From positions 1,302,001 through 1,366,000 of the forward strand of contig ML978127.1 of the NCBI GenBank assembly GCA_010015805.1: a stretch of 64,000 bases of DNA, given 5' to 3'. This document shows positions 23,517-35,543 of the stretch, in pieces. Under the pieces are notes generated by a model. The model saw only the letters and a list, made by a program, of their open reading frames with translations. It made no database searches and was not told the origin of the DNA. Position 1 is the stretch's first letter, and each line of letters starts with the position of its first letter. Source of the stretch: Rhizodiscina lignyota. Its lineage: Eukaryota. The position numbers and the translations under genes were made by a program.

Positions 23517-24111
23517 ATGCCTTGCGGTGCGGATTCTTTCTGAGCTGATTTGGCGTCATCGTCGTGCATTTCCGGGCGTTTTCAGAGATGGTTGGGACGA
23601 GATTTTGCTTGAGAAGAGACACTGATGTGGGCGTCTGGAATGATAATGTGACATAGAGTTTGCTAAAATGGGATATGAAGGAGAATAGACGAATCAGAAA
23701 AGTTCATAGAAATCCGCCCAATTGTTTGGATTGAATCATCTAACGTGGTGCTACAGATACATCTATTGCGCACAAAAGCCATTTATATGAGCAGATGGGC
23801 AGTAACAGCCAGAGCAGACCGTGGCCTGCCATCCAATGGTTAAGATAGCAAGGTCAAATTGGCTCACTATGAAGACCAGAGCACTGTCGATACCTGAATG
23901 AGAGGAATGTCTCTCGTTATTAGACAACCTCATATTTATTTTCCGAGAGCTTTTTCAACGTGTACTACATATCGCAGAGTGTACACTTTCTCAATCTTCA
24001 AAGACTTTCAAAGCATTCTTTCAGTATGACGGCTACTTGTACCCACCCGGAGATGAGAACCGAGAAACTCTTGAGGCCACTTATACCAACTTCGATCAGA
24101 TCCACTAACTT

Positions 24112-25128
24112 TTATGCCCATGAGGAGGAAGGCTGAGATGAGGGGAGCACACCAGGCATGCTGGTCGCATGAGCTTTCGATCTATGTTTCTGAAGGTCGC
24201 TTTCTCTTTTGAATCCCATCTTGCCAGTGCGGTTGCACCCCGGAAAGCCACACTCATAGACGCCATCTCCATGTTCTAACCTCATGTGCTGGGAGAATTC
24301 TTTACTGTTCCTGAAGCCTGCCCAACCCTCCGCCTTTGTGTGTCGACAGCCTTTGTAAGAACAGTATTTCTCGAACTCTTCCTTTTCCACCCCATGACAT
24401 CTTTGTATGTGTTGTCGTAGATGATCTTTTCGCTTGAATGCGTCCTCCCCTTGATATTTACGACAGTACTTGCAAGGAAATCGTCTCGATGTATGTGTGG
24501 CACGATGTCGGGAGAGGGAACTGGCAAGATGGTAGGTTCGATCGCATCCTGGTTCTGTACAAGCGAACTGTGCTTGTGAGTCGGATGAAGAGTTGTCATT
24601 GAGATGCACAGCTGCATCATCAGGTGGAGCAGAGGTAGAACCTGGTAAATTTCCAGGTGCCGTATTCTCCACGTCCAGCAGGCCACTCCCATACCATCCC
24701 CCTGACTGGAGACCAGCTTGTGAATACGATATGGAGTTAGCTGACTCATTCGATTGACCTGCAGCCACTTCTGAAATGTTGGGTTGCAAAAAGATATCAG
24801 CGTCTGCGGTGTGCAAGCATCGCAAATGAGGGTCAAAGCCGTCGGTGGCAATCAGGGACTCGATGTCATTGGAAGTGGTGAGTTCTTGTGGTTCCAACGC
24901 AATCTGTCCAGTGGCATGGAGAGCAGCACGCTCAACAAATGTTCCAGTGAATGGATACACAGTTTCCTTGTGTAAGCATGGATTTTGTTCGATCCAAGCT
25001 GGGTCCCCATAGCCAACATCTAATTCTGATGAGTGCCGTTCTGTCGAAGTAGCGGGGATAGAATTGTATTCTCTTTCTGGATGATCCGCACTCGCTCTGT
25101 GCATGGCTATCAACTGGCATTGATGCAA
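24112..25128 (-). CDS. C2H2 zinc-finger transcription factor (four C-terminal fingers)
   Basis: CTEPGC..LSRHRATH, CKYC..F.RKDHLRQHIQRCH, CSYKGC..QHMRLEH, CGFPGC..F.RESDLQKHRSKAH. The 5' end is uncertain; first in-frame ATG is at 25104. Confidence 0.85.
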   Translation of the reverse strand: MHQCQLIAMHRASADHPEREYNSIPATSTERHSSELDVGYGDPAWIEQNPCLHKETVYPFTGTFVERAALHATGQIALEPQELTTSNDIESLIATDGFDPHLRCLHTADADIFLQPNISEVAAGQSNESANSISYSQAGLQSGGWYGSGLLDVENTAPGNLPGSTSAPPDDAAVHLNDNSSSDSQAQFACTEPGCDRTYHLASSLSRHRATHTSRRFPCKYCRKYQGEDAFKRKDHLRQHIQRCHGVEKEEFEKYCSYKGCRHTKAEGWAGFRNSKEFSQHMRLEHGDGVYECGFPGCNRTGKMGFKRESDLQKHRSKAHATSMPGVLPSSQPSSSWA

Positions 25129-26587
25129 GACTCGACCTGATGCGGTCGTCTGCCCATAGGCGGTTTGGATGGATGATTTTGCAGAGCTTTACCAGAAGGG
25201 TGCAAGTAGCGTATCTCAGGTGCAGGTTCTGTACCACGAGAGACTAGAGTTGTGCAAGAGCGACAATGAGAGAGTATTGAAAGATATAGATGACTAGTTT
25301 AGCGGACAACCACACACGATCCGCTAAGGAAGGGATATGCCCCTAAGAGGTTGCTCCTTGTTTATCACATTATGAGATGTCGGTGTGAAACTTAGATAGA
25401 TGCGCACTGAAGCCAGGAAAGCTCGTTACTCGGGTAAGGCTTTGGTGGCATTCGCCCTACGGCGAGGAATCTGATTCCCCTGCGGTGATGTATATATTCA
25501 GACGTCCCTGAACTTTTCTACTTACGCTAGACGCCCTACTACTATACATTTGCCTTAGTTTCTTAAAATGTTCATACCACTCTCTTATAACCTGCCATTT
25601 ATACATCGCTGCGGCGCTCAAGGCCCGGGGAGTAAGAAAAAGAGGCCCGAATCACCTCAACCCGAGGGTCGATCTCGTTGGACAAGGTCAACCATTGCTT
25701 GCCAGAATTGTGATTCAATGAACTGTGGTCCGTCCCCAGGATGCACGATCGTGCAGAGAGATCTATTCCTAGTGAGTATTGCTCTCATTGGCGGATTTTA
25801 TGTGGCAATGGCTTAGGGGCAGTTCAATTTGCTTTCATGATTCCTTTACAAGGCGAGACTTCATGAAGGTGTGGAGACTTCAGTTGCCGTAGGTTCGCTT
25901 CACGTCTCTTTATGTTCGCTTGGCCTTAGAGTCTTCTCCTGCAAGCCTATCGTAGGCAACTGATGCGCCTTTTTCTCATCCCTTAGTCGTGTATGGCTAA
26001 TAATGTTTGCGATAGGTCACAAAGCGGTTTGGACTTTGGAGTAAAATGCTTGGGGCATTAACTAGTGTCTGGTCATCAAGTCGCGGCATCCGCGGCTGCG
26101 AGATTGGCGTCGCCGAAGAGCGCCTAACCAATGCTGGACGTTCACGAAACTCATAAGCAATAATAGCAAGTGAAATCTCACATCCTCTACCGTGGTTTGG
26201 ACCGTGCTGGATTCATTTGCCATGGAAACGGTAAACCGAACGAGGCTCCGACAAGGCTGTGGGTCTGTGGCGCTCCTCCAACCCGTGTGCGGATCCCCTC
26301 CCTGCAGACCGCATTTTCGATCATATCAGGATGTGGGCAGAAGCGACAAAGTATCGGGCAGTTCGACCTATGCGGGAGTCCCATTCAATTGCCCTTCGAG
26401 AGCGCCAGCGAGCACTTTGAAAAAAGCGAAGCCACAAGATCGACTCTCACCTCCTGGGACTCAAGTTGGAGGACAACACGTCCCTTGCTGGCGGAGTTCT
26501 CCAGCATACTTATAAGATCAGCCGTGCGTGGCCCTAAGAGGTTTAGGCTTTAGCGACGCTCTCTGCGAGTTTGACTCCCCGGCAGTA

Positions 26588-26915
26588 CAAAGCGCGGCTG
26601 GCGTCCAGTCGGGTGCCATAGATCTTTCAATTTTCGATTGTCGACGCTTGCCCCCCGACGTGGCGCCAGCTCCGTTTTTACATCGAAAACTGGGTTAGGA
26701 TACATATCTACGTAAGAGTCTAGCCTAAGGCTCACCTGACTGGATCGACCTCTAAGAGTCTAAGGTAGACAGACTTACAAAAGCTAGGCCTATCTCAGTA
26801 TACCTCCTGTGTACCTACTCAACTCCCGGCAAAAAACGAGCAGACGCTTTGCGTCGAAAATCGAAAACTGAAAAATCTACGGCACCCGACCGGACACCGG
26901 GGGCATGGCGCTTTG
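26588..26915. mobile_element. Degenerate inverted-repeat element (MITE/foldback-like relic)
   Basis: 26605-26647 matches the reverse complement of 26851-26893 at 38 of 43 positions. Weaker pairing extends out to CAAAGCGC/GCGCTTTG and inward to about 26707/26808. No convincing coding ORF. Confidence 0.55.
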
Positions 26916-27766
26916 GCATGGGACCAAGCTCCACCAACCGGATAGGTCTGCCCAATGAAGAACGCATTCTTGTGTCCACCAAAGGCTTGCACAGAGAAAT
27001 CACGAGGTTCCCATTTCCTAGCCACCAGGACTCAGACATCCCATTATACGCCGCTATCTGCTCAAATACTAATGGACTTACCCCACGAGTATCAACTTGA
27101 TCGATCGTACTGTTTCCTTACATCGATTTGGCTTTGATTAAAGCAGATTAACTTCTGAAGTGCTACATTTGGGCGATGGATGTCGCCGTTTCGTGGCACA
27201 TCTTTTAGTGAACATGCCTTGCCACTGCAACGCAACCCGGTTTCAGCAACTCCTTCCTTGAAGACCGCCATTGCATCCGTTGCTAGCATTGCATCCGAGT
27301 CTCAAATGCCATTGCCGTATTAGGGGACCGGTGAACGATTTTCTTAAGCACCGCGGGCAACACAATGTCCCAGGGAGATTGGAAGCCCAGTCCATTGTGT
27401 AACAAGGTACCATAAGGATCGGATATGCGTTGCAAGGTGTCGTTTGTCCCTAAGCATCTGTGCGCAAACATTCCGATATCTATGGCCTATCTCTTGTTTC
27501 TCCTCGAGCCTGTTTATATCTGACTCCGCGTTCGTGGGATCGCAACTACTTGTCCTGTTTCTCCCATGTATTATCTGTTTTCCTGATCAGTAAAGGAAGG
27601 CTCTTTTCGTCCGTTAACTCTTCAGCACTGGAGGTGATCGAATCGCCGTAATATCCCCAGCTGTCCCTTGTTTTGACAGTTCAACCCAAGTGCCTCGTGG
27701 CCACATTTCGAGAGCGTTGACCATTCACTACCTCTTCGTTCTGAATTTAGCTACGTATATCATCAA

Positions 27767-28550
27767 ATGGTGAGTGTGTTCAGTCATTCCTTGCGCACTA
27801 TGTTTCTCCATTACCATCTCCGAGGGGAGTTGCTAACTGCAAATGTAGGCACAGCATCTCCCTCAAGTTTCCGGGGAAATACATCTCGATAATCACCACC
27901 TCGACACCAGTCAGCTCGATATTGAAGATACTTGCACCGGTTTCTCCCACCGGCCGAACAATGGAGTCGTTGCAGGACACGCATGGCCTTCACCTTGCGA
28001 TGTTCTATGGGATTTGCTTGAGAGCGCTTTCAGAAACAACTTCATACTCTGGACGGCGATAATCGCTTTGGTTATTGGTATCTTAATATGCTTGGGACTC
28101 TCCGCCTTTACCGATAAGGGCCTCATTGGAATGGCTGCCGTCAACATGGGTGCCTTCGTTATATTCACCTTCCATTCGGTTGCCATTATTCGGTATCGCC
28201 GCATCATTAGCGGTCTCAGTCTGGCAGTATATCTCCTCAGCATTATCACAAATATCATTGGGATCATTTCTTCTGTTTGGCTCGGGACGGTGTGGCAAAA
28301 TCGAAAGTGGGCTATATGGGCTGGGACTTTAATCCCCGGCATTATCATTATATTTACAACTCTACCTTTCATTTTGGTTTCACAGATCCGGTGCCTTCAA
28401 TACCGGGGCTTAACTATAACGGACCAACCGGTCAGAGCGGGAGATGATCTTGGGTGTCGTCATGAAAACAGAGCTCCGGCGAGACAGATTCAAAACTGGC
28501 AGGCAAGAGACTCCGGCCATGATCAAAGGGTTATCAATGGCGGGATATGA
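27767..28550 (+). CDS. Hypothetical integral membrane protein (about 4 TM helices)
   Basis: ATG-only first exon 27767-27769, then intron 27770-27848 (GTGAGT..GCTAAC..TAG), continuing in frame into ORF 28014..28550 with four hydrophobic segments. Confidence 0.65.
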
Positions 28551-29277
28551 TGCAACAAGAATGATACATAGTTCACAAAATTCTCCCAATGTCCAAGATA
28601 CCACAAGAGCTTTCGCGACGGGCCGTTGACTAATGCGACAGATGTAGACATAAATGGTTCGTTTACGTAGGCTTTCAGGGTTTAATATGAACGGAAAGCC
28701 ATGTGAAGGGCTTTGTTCCCCATTAGTTGTTGCGCCATGTTCAATGTTCGCTATCTTACAAAAGACGTCCTTTCCGACGAAGGCGATCGCAAACGGAGAG
28801 GCGGAAATCGGGAGGATCGCCACCCAGGTTTGGGTACGAGCCACCTAGAATTTGGGTACCTTGACAGGGACCCCGCTGCCAGGCCGCGGCACCTAATCAA
28901 GTTTAACCTCGACTCAAAACAATTGGACTGTTCGTATCAGAGACCGACCGGAAACTTATTACAAGCTCAACGTCAGCTATTCAGCATGCTTCTACCGTGT
29001 TTTGCTCCAATGCACCCGTCGACGTTCTCATTCGTCCTCGCGACTGTGCTCGAGCACTCGTTAGCCTATTGAGAGAAGATCCGTAGACGATGAACGACTG
29101 GAACGGCGAAGCTCCCTACCGTCAGCGGCTAACAACTCAGGCAAAACGTGGTGATTATGGCCTCACGCACAAATTGCTCCTTTTCGAGGCACTCGGGTCA
29201 TCATCTATCAATAGGCACGCCATGGTTTCGAAGATATAAAGTCTCTGTGCGAAACGTACCTTTCAACATGTCACGGT

Positions 29278-30797
29278 ATGGAAAGAGCATCTGCCGGAAT
29301 GGATCCTGGAGTACGCACATCGACGGCTGTCGACTCTGGGGACGTCTTTGACAGCCTTCTCACACAGCTAAAAGCTCTCGATTCAGTTGAGAACCTGCGT
29401 CATGCAGTGGGCCCGGAGAAACGTCAAGAATTGATGCTTCAATGCCAGAAGGTCTTTGCATCGCTTGAAGCTCCATTCGAGTTGACACAGAGAGTTACAT
29501 ACTCTGTAAGTTCCTGAAGCAATTTGGACGTCGAGCGTGATTGCTATTTTAATGGTCTTCCTGAATAATATATACCAACCTTGCTAATCTTCCACACAGC
29601 CTTTCTTACTTATCGCGACCCGGACTGCCCAAGGCTACGGTATTCTATCTCGCCTAGCTCGCGCAAGATCCAGCGGCGTGCCATGTAGAATTTCCGAGCT
29701 AGCCACACACACGCAGATCGAGGAAGGCGTTCTCATATCGTTGCTTGATTATCTCTGTTCTCAATTTATCTGCGAGGAGGTCGCTCCGGAAGAGTATGTC
29801 GGAACAGCAACGGCCGACATGCTCAACGCACCTGCTATGGAAGTCCCGTTTCAAAATTTGTGGGTGATAAGACTTCAGGGACATCTGTCCAGGCTCTCCG
29901 CACCGCCAATGGAGTGTAGCTCCCGCAAGTACGATGAAATAAACTAATCATATTTGTAGCCAGGATATTATTCTCCCTGGTGGCTGGATTGGTTTCTACA
30001 GATCACTCGCACCAGACGAGTCGCGTTCTGGGTGGCAGATCGGACGAAACACCCAGAGCACTTTCTACGAATGGTTAGATGACCCGTCACACGCCGTCGA
30101 CTCGCAAAAATTCCATCGCTTCATGGAGGTACAATTTAAGGGGATCCCAAGTTGGCTGGACGATATTGATTTCATTAGTATGTACGCAAAGGGAGCGAAA
30201 GCCAATGATGTGGTATTCGTCGATGTTGGAGGCGGCAATGGGCAAGAGTCTGGGAAACTAAGGGTGAAGGTCCCCAATCTTGTTGGGAAAGTGGTAGTTC
30301 AGGACCTTCCTGGTCCTTTGAACAGAGCTCCAGAGATTAGTGGGGTGGAGAAAATGGAGTACGACTATACAGGCGAGCAAACTATCAAAGGTAAGCAACG
30401 TGATCATACCGTGAACCCGATTATGCTCTCATTTCTCTTGGGTATCCTGATCTGACAGAAGAAACCCATCATACTAGGCGCTAGAATCTACTACTTCCGC
30501 CAGATCTTCCACAACAATTCCGACAAGGACTGTATTGCGATCCTGAATAACCATCGCCCAGCTATGGCGTCTGAATCGGTGATTCTGATTGACGAGAAGG
30601 TCGTCCCTGACGACGACAAGTCATCGCAGATGTACACGTCTGCACTGAGCCTCAGCATGTGGGCCCTGTTCCGAGGCTTGGAGAGGAAGAGACGGCAGTG
30701 GTTGAAGCTACTGGACCAAGCTGGGTTCGAAGCGAGGGATATTAGGAAGTATACCGACTTTGGCGATTGTATCATCACTGCTGTGCCGAAAGAATAG
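29278..30797 (+). CDS. SAM-dependent O-methyltransferase (methyltransferase-2 family, fungal secondary-metabolism type)
   Basis: VFVDVGGGNG, VVQDLP, EQ.IKGARIYYFRQIFHN..D, ILIDE.V.P, GLER...QW..LL..AG. Three introns at about 29506-29600, 29860-29959 and 30391-30477. Confidence 0.9.
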
Positions 30798-31029
30798 GCA
30801 ATCTACGTATCTCGCCGAGCGTTTGGCATCGCAAGAGCATTCTCTCATGACTTTCGCACCACTCGGAGAGCATCATCTTGGTTTACTCTGGCATCTCCTT
30901 TATCAAGTGAGAAATGGGGTTGAACTTTATACTCCAGTTTACTAAAGGTCCTGAAAGGTGCCAGTGTAGGCATCATGAATTTTTGCTCTGTCTACTCATA
31001 CACCTCCGCCTGCTTGCTCGCCCGCAAGT

Positions 31030-32646
31030 TCAAAACCCAAGATCGATCAAGTCTTCTTCTTCCGCCAAGGGCGCCGGCTCATTCGACCTCTCGGAGGTCT
31101 CGATGCCCACGCTACCGCTCGAGACCGAGCCGCCCATACCACTGCCAAATGGTTGAAGTCCGCCATCAACCCTCGCACCCCTATGGACTGGCGCATCCAT
31201 CTCTTCTTCCTCGGGCATCTGTACCTTCTTTTCATTGATTGCAAGAGCCCACCCTGCAATCTCCTCGTCGTCCTCGAGGCTCCCGTGCACGCTCTTCTTC
31301 AATGAGCATCCCTTACAGTCCGCACGCTCACACGTATGGCGGAAAACGCATCGTAACTTGCGACACAGTTCCCCGTGCAGGCATTGTTGGTTTAGAAAAT
31401 AGAGCCTCATGACGTGTAAGACGCCTTCGGGGACAGGGTTATGGTCGTAGGGACATGGAATTTGGAGGCAGTCGCCCGTCAGATGAAAGTAGCGACAGAG
31501 CTTCCCATGCTGAGCAATTCGAAGGCGATAGGCCTGCTGCGCCTCTGCGGTGGCCGGTGATAGCTTGGGATCCACACGCCCACCGTACTTGTTGACAGCA
31601 ATCAACCGCGCGCGATCTGTCGGTGGCATTTTATCCACTTGTTTGTTGGAGTAGACAGGCCGCTTGTTCTCAGTGCCATGCGAGAAGCTGCAATCGTCCC
31701 CCAGATCACATATCCCCTGGGCAAACAAGATGCAAGGCATTGTCTTGAATGCTGCTTGGTACACCGGGTCAAAGGGTTCCGGACGTGGGGTGTCTGCAGG
31801 TGCAGTTGTATCTAAGGAAACCGTAACCTTCTCCGCATCGGCGAGTGTGCAGAAGACGTTCGGGAATCCTAGCATGGGCAGGTTGAGGCGCTTGTATTCT
31901 TCGAGTGGTGTACGGCTCGCAATGATGAGACTGACTTTCTCAGTCATCTCGCTATAAGGTTCGACTAGCGACAGATACGAATTGCGCTGGCAGCAAGCGA
32001 AGAATATGTGTTTGCAGCGCGTGTCTTCTGCGAACAAGTCAAAGCATCCTGTACATAGTCTCTGATGAGGTGGTAGCTGAGCTTTGAAAGTTTGACATCA
32101 ACAATTACCTCGAATCTTGACCTCCACGTCTGCCAGTTCTTTCCCGGTGTCAACAATCTCGAACATTTGCTCTCTGTTAAAGTCGGCAGCGAAAGTTGCC
32201 AGAGTGGGTGTATCGGCAGTCGTGATACCGAGTCGTGTGAGCCTATCCGACATCCCGTCGAGGTCCAGATACATTTTGACGATAATACGACAGGAATTTT
32301 GGTCGAGCTCGAGTCGCGGGAATGATTGAAGAACGCAACCGCGTAGAGACTGAGCTGCGTCATAGCCGCCGATTTCGGGAGCTGCGAGGAACTCCTTCTG
32401 AAAGATGTAGTCGTTGCCATCTACCAAGACCAGGACTAATGGGGTTGCGTCCTCCTGCCAGTTCTTCCCTGCTTCCTTTTCGGCCTCGAGTTCCGCCTTC
32501 AGCAAACGGTAGGCACGTATGAGATTATCTTGCTGTTTGAGAACTGCTTGCAAGGTGTTCTGCTGTTCCTCGTTGGCAGACTTGAGCGAATCAGTCTGCT
32601 TCTCAATCGCAGCCAAGTCGCTTTCGCTGAGCATATTGAATGGCAT
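31030..32646 (-). CDS. CCCH zinc-finger protein with N-terminal coiled coil and NYN/PIN-like (DUF7923-type) domain
   Basis: Intron 32049-32108 joins the two ORFs. VLVLVDGNDYIF, FEIVDTG.E.AD..KI, CKHIFFACC. Fingers CILFAQGICDLGDDCSFSH, CRYFHLTGDC..PCPYDH, C..GELC...RCVFRH. Confidence 0.85.
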
Positions 32647-33391
32647 CTTGTCTATGCCGTAATGAAGTAGATGAAGGTGTGAGATCGAAGTTGGAGAAGC
32701 AAGCCGAATTTTGAAGAGGAGTGTGCGATGTTGTGGGTGAAGAGAGAAGGCACGTCACCCGGAAAGCTTAAATGAAAAAGCCGAAGTCAGGCACGAAACG
32801 ACCAAACCAGAACTGTGAGTCAGCATTCTAACACGCTTGAAAAAAACCAACTATGATGTAGTCTAACACCAAGGGATAGAACTTTCCGCTGGTGTTTGAG
32901 GGAGCTGGCCTCCTCGTTGAGCAATCGTTCAAGCATGGGCGAAGTCCACTCAGTCTCCACGACCACAGTTTACATAGCTCTCAGGCAATATTCCTCAGTG
33001 CTCTTTTGTTGCTCTCATATAGCAGTTGAAATACACATAGCTCTTACGCTGCCTGCACTTTTAAGAGGCCACCGGTGCTGTGAATTGACGTGTACCCCTG
33101 GACAGCGGCCGCTCCTCTAAAGCGCAACAGTAGAGCTGCGGATTGAGTAGACATACTCGAGGCCTATGCGCGTTGTTCTCTATTATAAACACCATGCAGC
33201 CATTTATGACTTGAACGATGTGAGAAAGACGAGGCCTCACGAGCGCTGAAGGAGAAAGCCCTCTACGCGAGTCAGCCCTTCCCACTCACCAATCAGCTGT
33301 CAGCATCAGCATCAACATTGCCTTCATCCCAAACTCTCCCTTCTATCCCACAACCCATCTTTCCATTTCAGAGATTTCCATTTCATCAAAA

Positions 33392-34133
33392 ATGTCGTCT
33401 CCTCGTCCCAAGCCCGCAACGCCATCACGCTCCACCCTCACGCCGTCCCCCGCGCCTTCCGGAGGCGGCGAAGGCAGAAGTCTTGAAGAGCCGGATGTTG
33501 AGCCTGACACTGAACAAGATGCGGATCTGCCTTTGACCATGGCTGCTTCGGTGGTTTTGACAAGCTTGCCAAAAGATGCTCATGAGGCTCTTGAAGCAGT
33601 TGGGAAGGAGGGAGAGGGAGAAAAAGGTTTGTCTCGCCAACAGTCACTTATTTTCTCAGCTTGAACTTCTCTCTATAAAAGTCATCAACTTTACATTCAT
33701 CATGTTTCACATCAAACTTGAGATTTAAGCATCCTGCCGCACTCTCGCAGAATTGCCCTCTCATCTGAGCTCTTGAGCCTTACAACTTCTATTAGTAACC
33801 GTGCGGCTCGTCCCTCTGGGCGCCGCCAAACCACTCAAGCAGAACCGCTTCAAGATCACCGCGTCTAAACGCTTCGACACTGTTATCCGGAACCTTCGAC
33901 GGCGAGTTGGCGTGCGCGAAGCTGAGAGCATCTTCTGCTACATCAATCAAACATTCAGCCCTGCACCTGATGAAGGCGTGGGCAATCTTTGGAAGGTAGG
34001 TTCACTGATGCGTGATTTATGTTCAGGTAGGGTTCATGAGCTGGATATGAAGCTAATGTTACTGCGAATGTAGTGCTTCAAGACCAATGACGAGCTTGTC
34101 GTGCACTATGCAATCACGCCAACGTACGGATGA
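33392..34133 (+). CDS. ATG12: Autophagy ubiquitin-like protein Atg12
   Basis: [18 protein letters not shown] and F.TVI..LRR....[30 protein letters not shown]...P.YG with terminal Gly. Introns 33627-33795 and 33996-34073. Confidence 0.93.
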
Positions 34134-34355
34134 GCTTTAATACGCCAAAAATGTACGCGTGAGTATGTATAGGCGTAGATGTTCATATGAGACATGCTAA
34201 TCATCTTGCAGAGTCTCCTCAATAACGCCGAACGAATGCAACCTGGGACGAACGAACGTTTCCCATTGATTCAAAATTCGCCTCGCCAATTGTCCAAAGA
34301 TCCCCCGGCAAAGCTCACAGTTTTCCTCAATACCATTCCGAAACCCTGAAAGCAT

Positions 34356-35543
34356 CTAAAGATCACCTTCTCGTTCATCAGTCCGCTCCATCCTCTTCAC
34401 CACTCTTTCAAACTCCTCAACTTCCTCCATCTTCATTGGATATGTATATTCTCCAAGTGGATAACTCCGTTGTTTCACCTCATCTTTATAAGTTTCAATC
34501 GCCTTCAACGCCTCGCTCCAAACATCCCCATACTTCTTCACAAACTTTGGTAAATACCGTCCCGGTGGGAAATTTCCTAACATATCTGTCTGCACAAGCA
34601 CCTGCCCGCTACATCCTGCACCGGCGCCAATACCAATTGTTGGTATCTTCAGTTTTTTCGTTACGAAATCTGCAACTGGTGCAGGAATCGCTTCCAGCAC
34701 GACACCAAACGCACCAGCTTCTTGGACGGCGAGAGCATCGGCGAGGATGGCAAGCGCAGACGCTACAGACTTGCCTTGCACGCGGAAACCGCCAAGCGCA
34801 TTTTGGCGTTGTGGAGTAAGACCAATGTGTGCGAGGACGGGGATACCGGCGCGGGTTATGGCGGCGATGGTGGGGGCCATGCCCGCACCACCTTCGAGCT
34901 TGATGGCGTGGCACCGGCCTTGCTTTACGAGGCGGATTGAGGATTCGACGGCTTGCTCTGGAGATACTTCGTACGAACCCATGGGGAGGTCACCGACCTA
35001 AGAAAGAGAAGTCACATCAGCATTGGTAGAAGGGAAGAGACAGAAAGAGTCGAGGTGAGAGTTATATGGAGAGCATGTATGATGCGGAGGGGGACCAACA
35101 ATGAAAGCACTCCTTGTAGCCCTTGCTACACTCCGGCAATGCATTATCATCTCCTCCAGCAGCACCTCGCTTGTGTCTTCCATACCAAGGGCCACCATTG
35201 CTAGACTATCCCCCACTAGTACCATGTCCATACCAGCATGGTCGGCGACGTGTGCGGATGGAAAGTCGTGCGCCGTAATCATGGTGATGGGCTCGTTCTT
35301 GTTATACAGGGATTGTAGCGTGGCAAGTGTAACTTTCTTTCGAGCCTTCGCTGGCGGTGTACCCATTGGGGAGTGGGAAGAATGACGGACTTGGAGCACA
35401 GTGGAGGTTTGGATTGGAGTACAGGCGATTGCTGGGTGTATCGGTGACTGCCATGGCCGCATTGATGAGGTTGTGGATACTATGGCGGAGGCATTGCGAG
35501 GTGTATGTCTTGATGCTATTGTCCTCGCCAAGGCACGAGACAT
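34356..35543 (-). CDS. ECM31: 3-methyl-2-oxobutanoate (ketopantoate) hydroxymethyltransferase, mitochondrial
   Basis: ITMITAHD, LVGDSLAMVALG, VGDLPMGSYE, IKLEGG, HIGLTPQ, PTIGIGAG..CSGQVLV, PKFVKKY. Intron 34998-35099. Basic N-terminal presequence. Confidence 0.95.

Noticed and set aside
25341..26543. 12-bp direct repeat CCCTAAGAGGTT at 25341 and 26532
   Set aside because: Too short with no extension; compatible with chance, so not called as an LTR or target-site duplication.
15800..31000. A complete, intact Starship spanning both accessory patches
   Set aside because: The recombinase is truncated and not at an identifiable 5' end, no termini were found, and the housekeeping gene NEW1 lies in between.
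33655..33705. Minus-strand ATGATGA...CTGA resembling C/D snoRNA boxes in ATG12 intron 1
   Set aside because: Antisense to the host gene, only about 50 nt, and no clear guide sequence or terminal stem.
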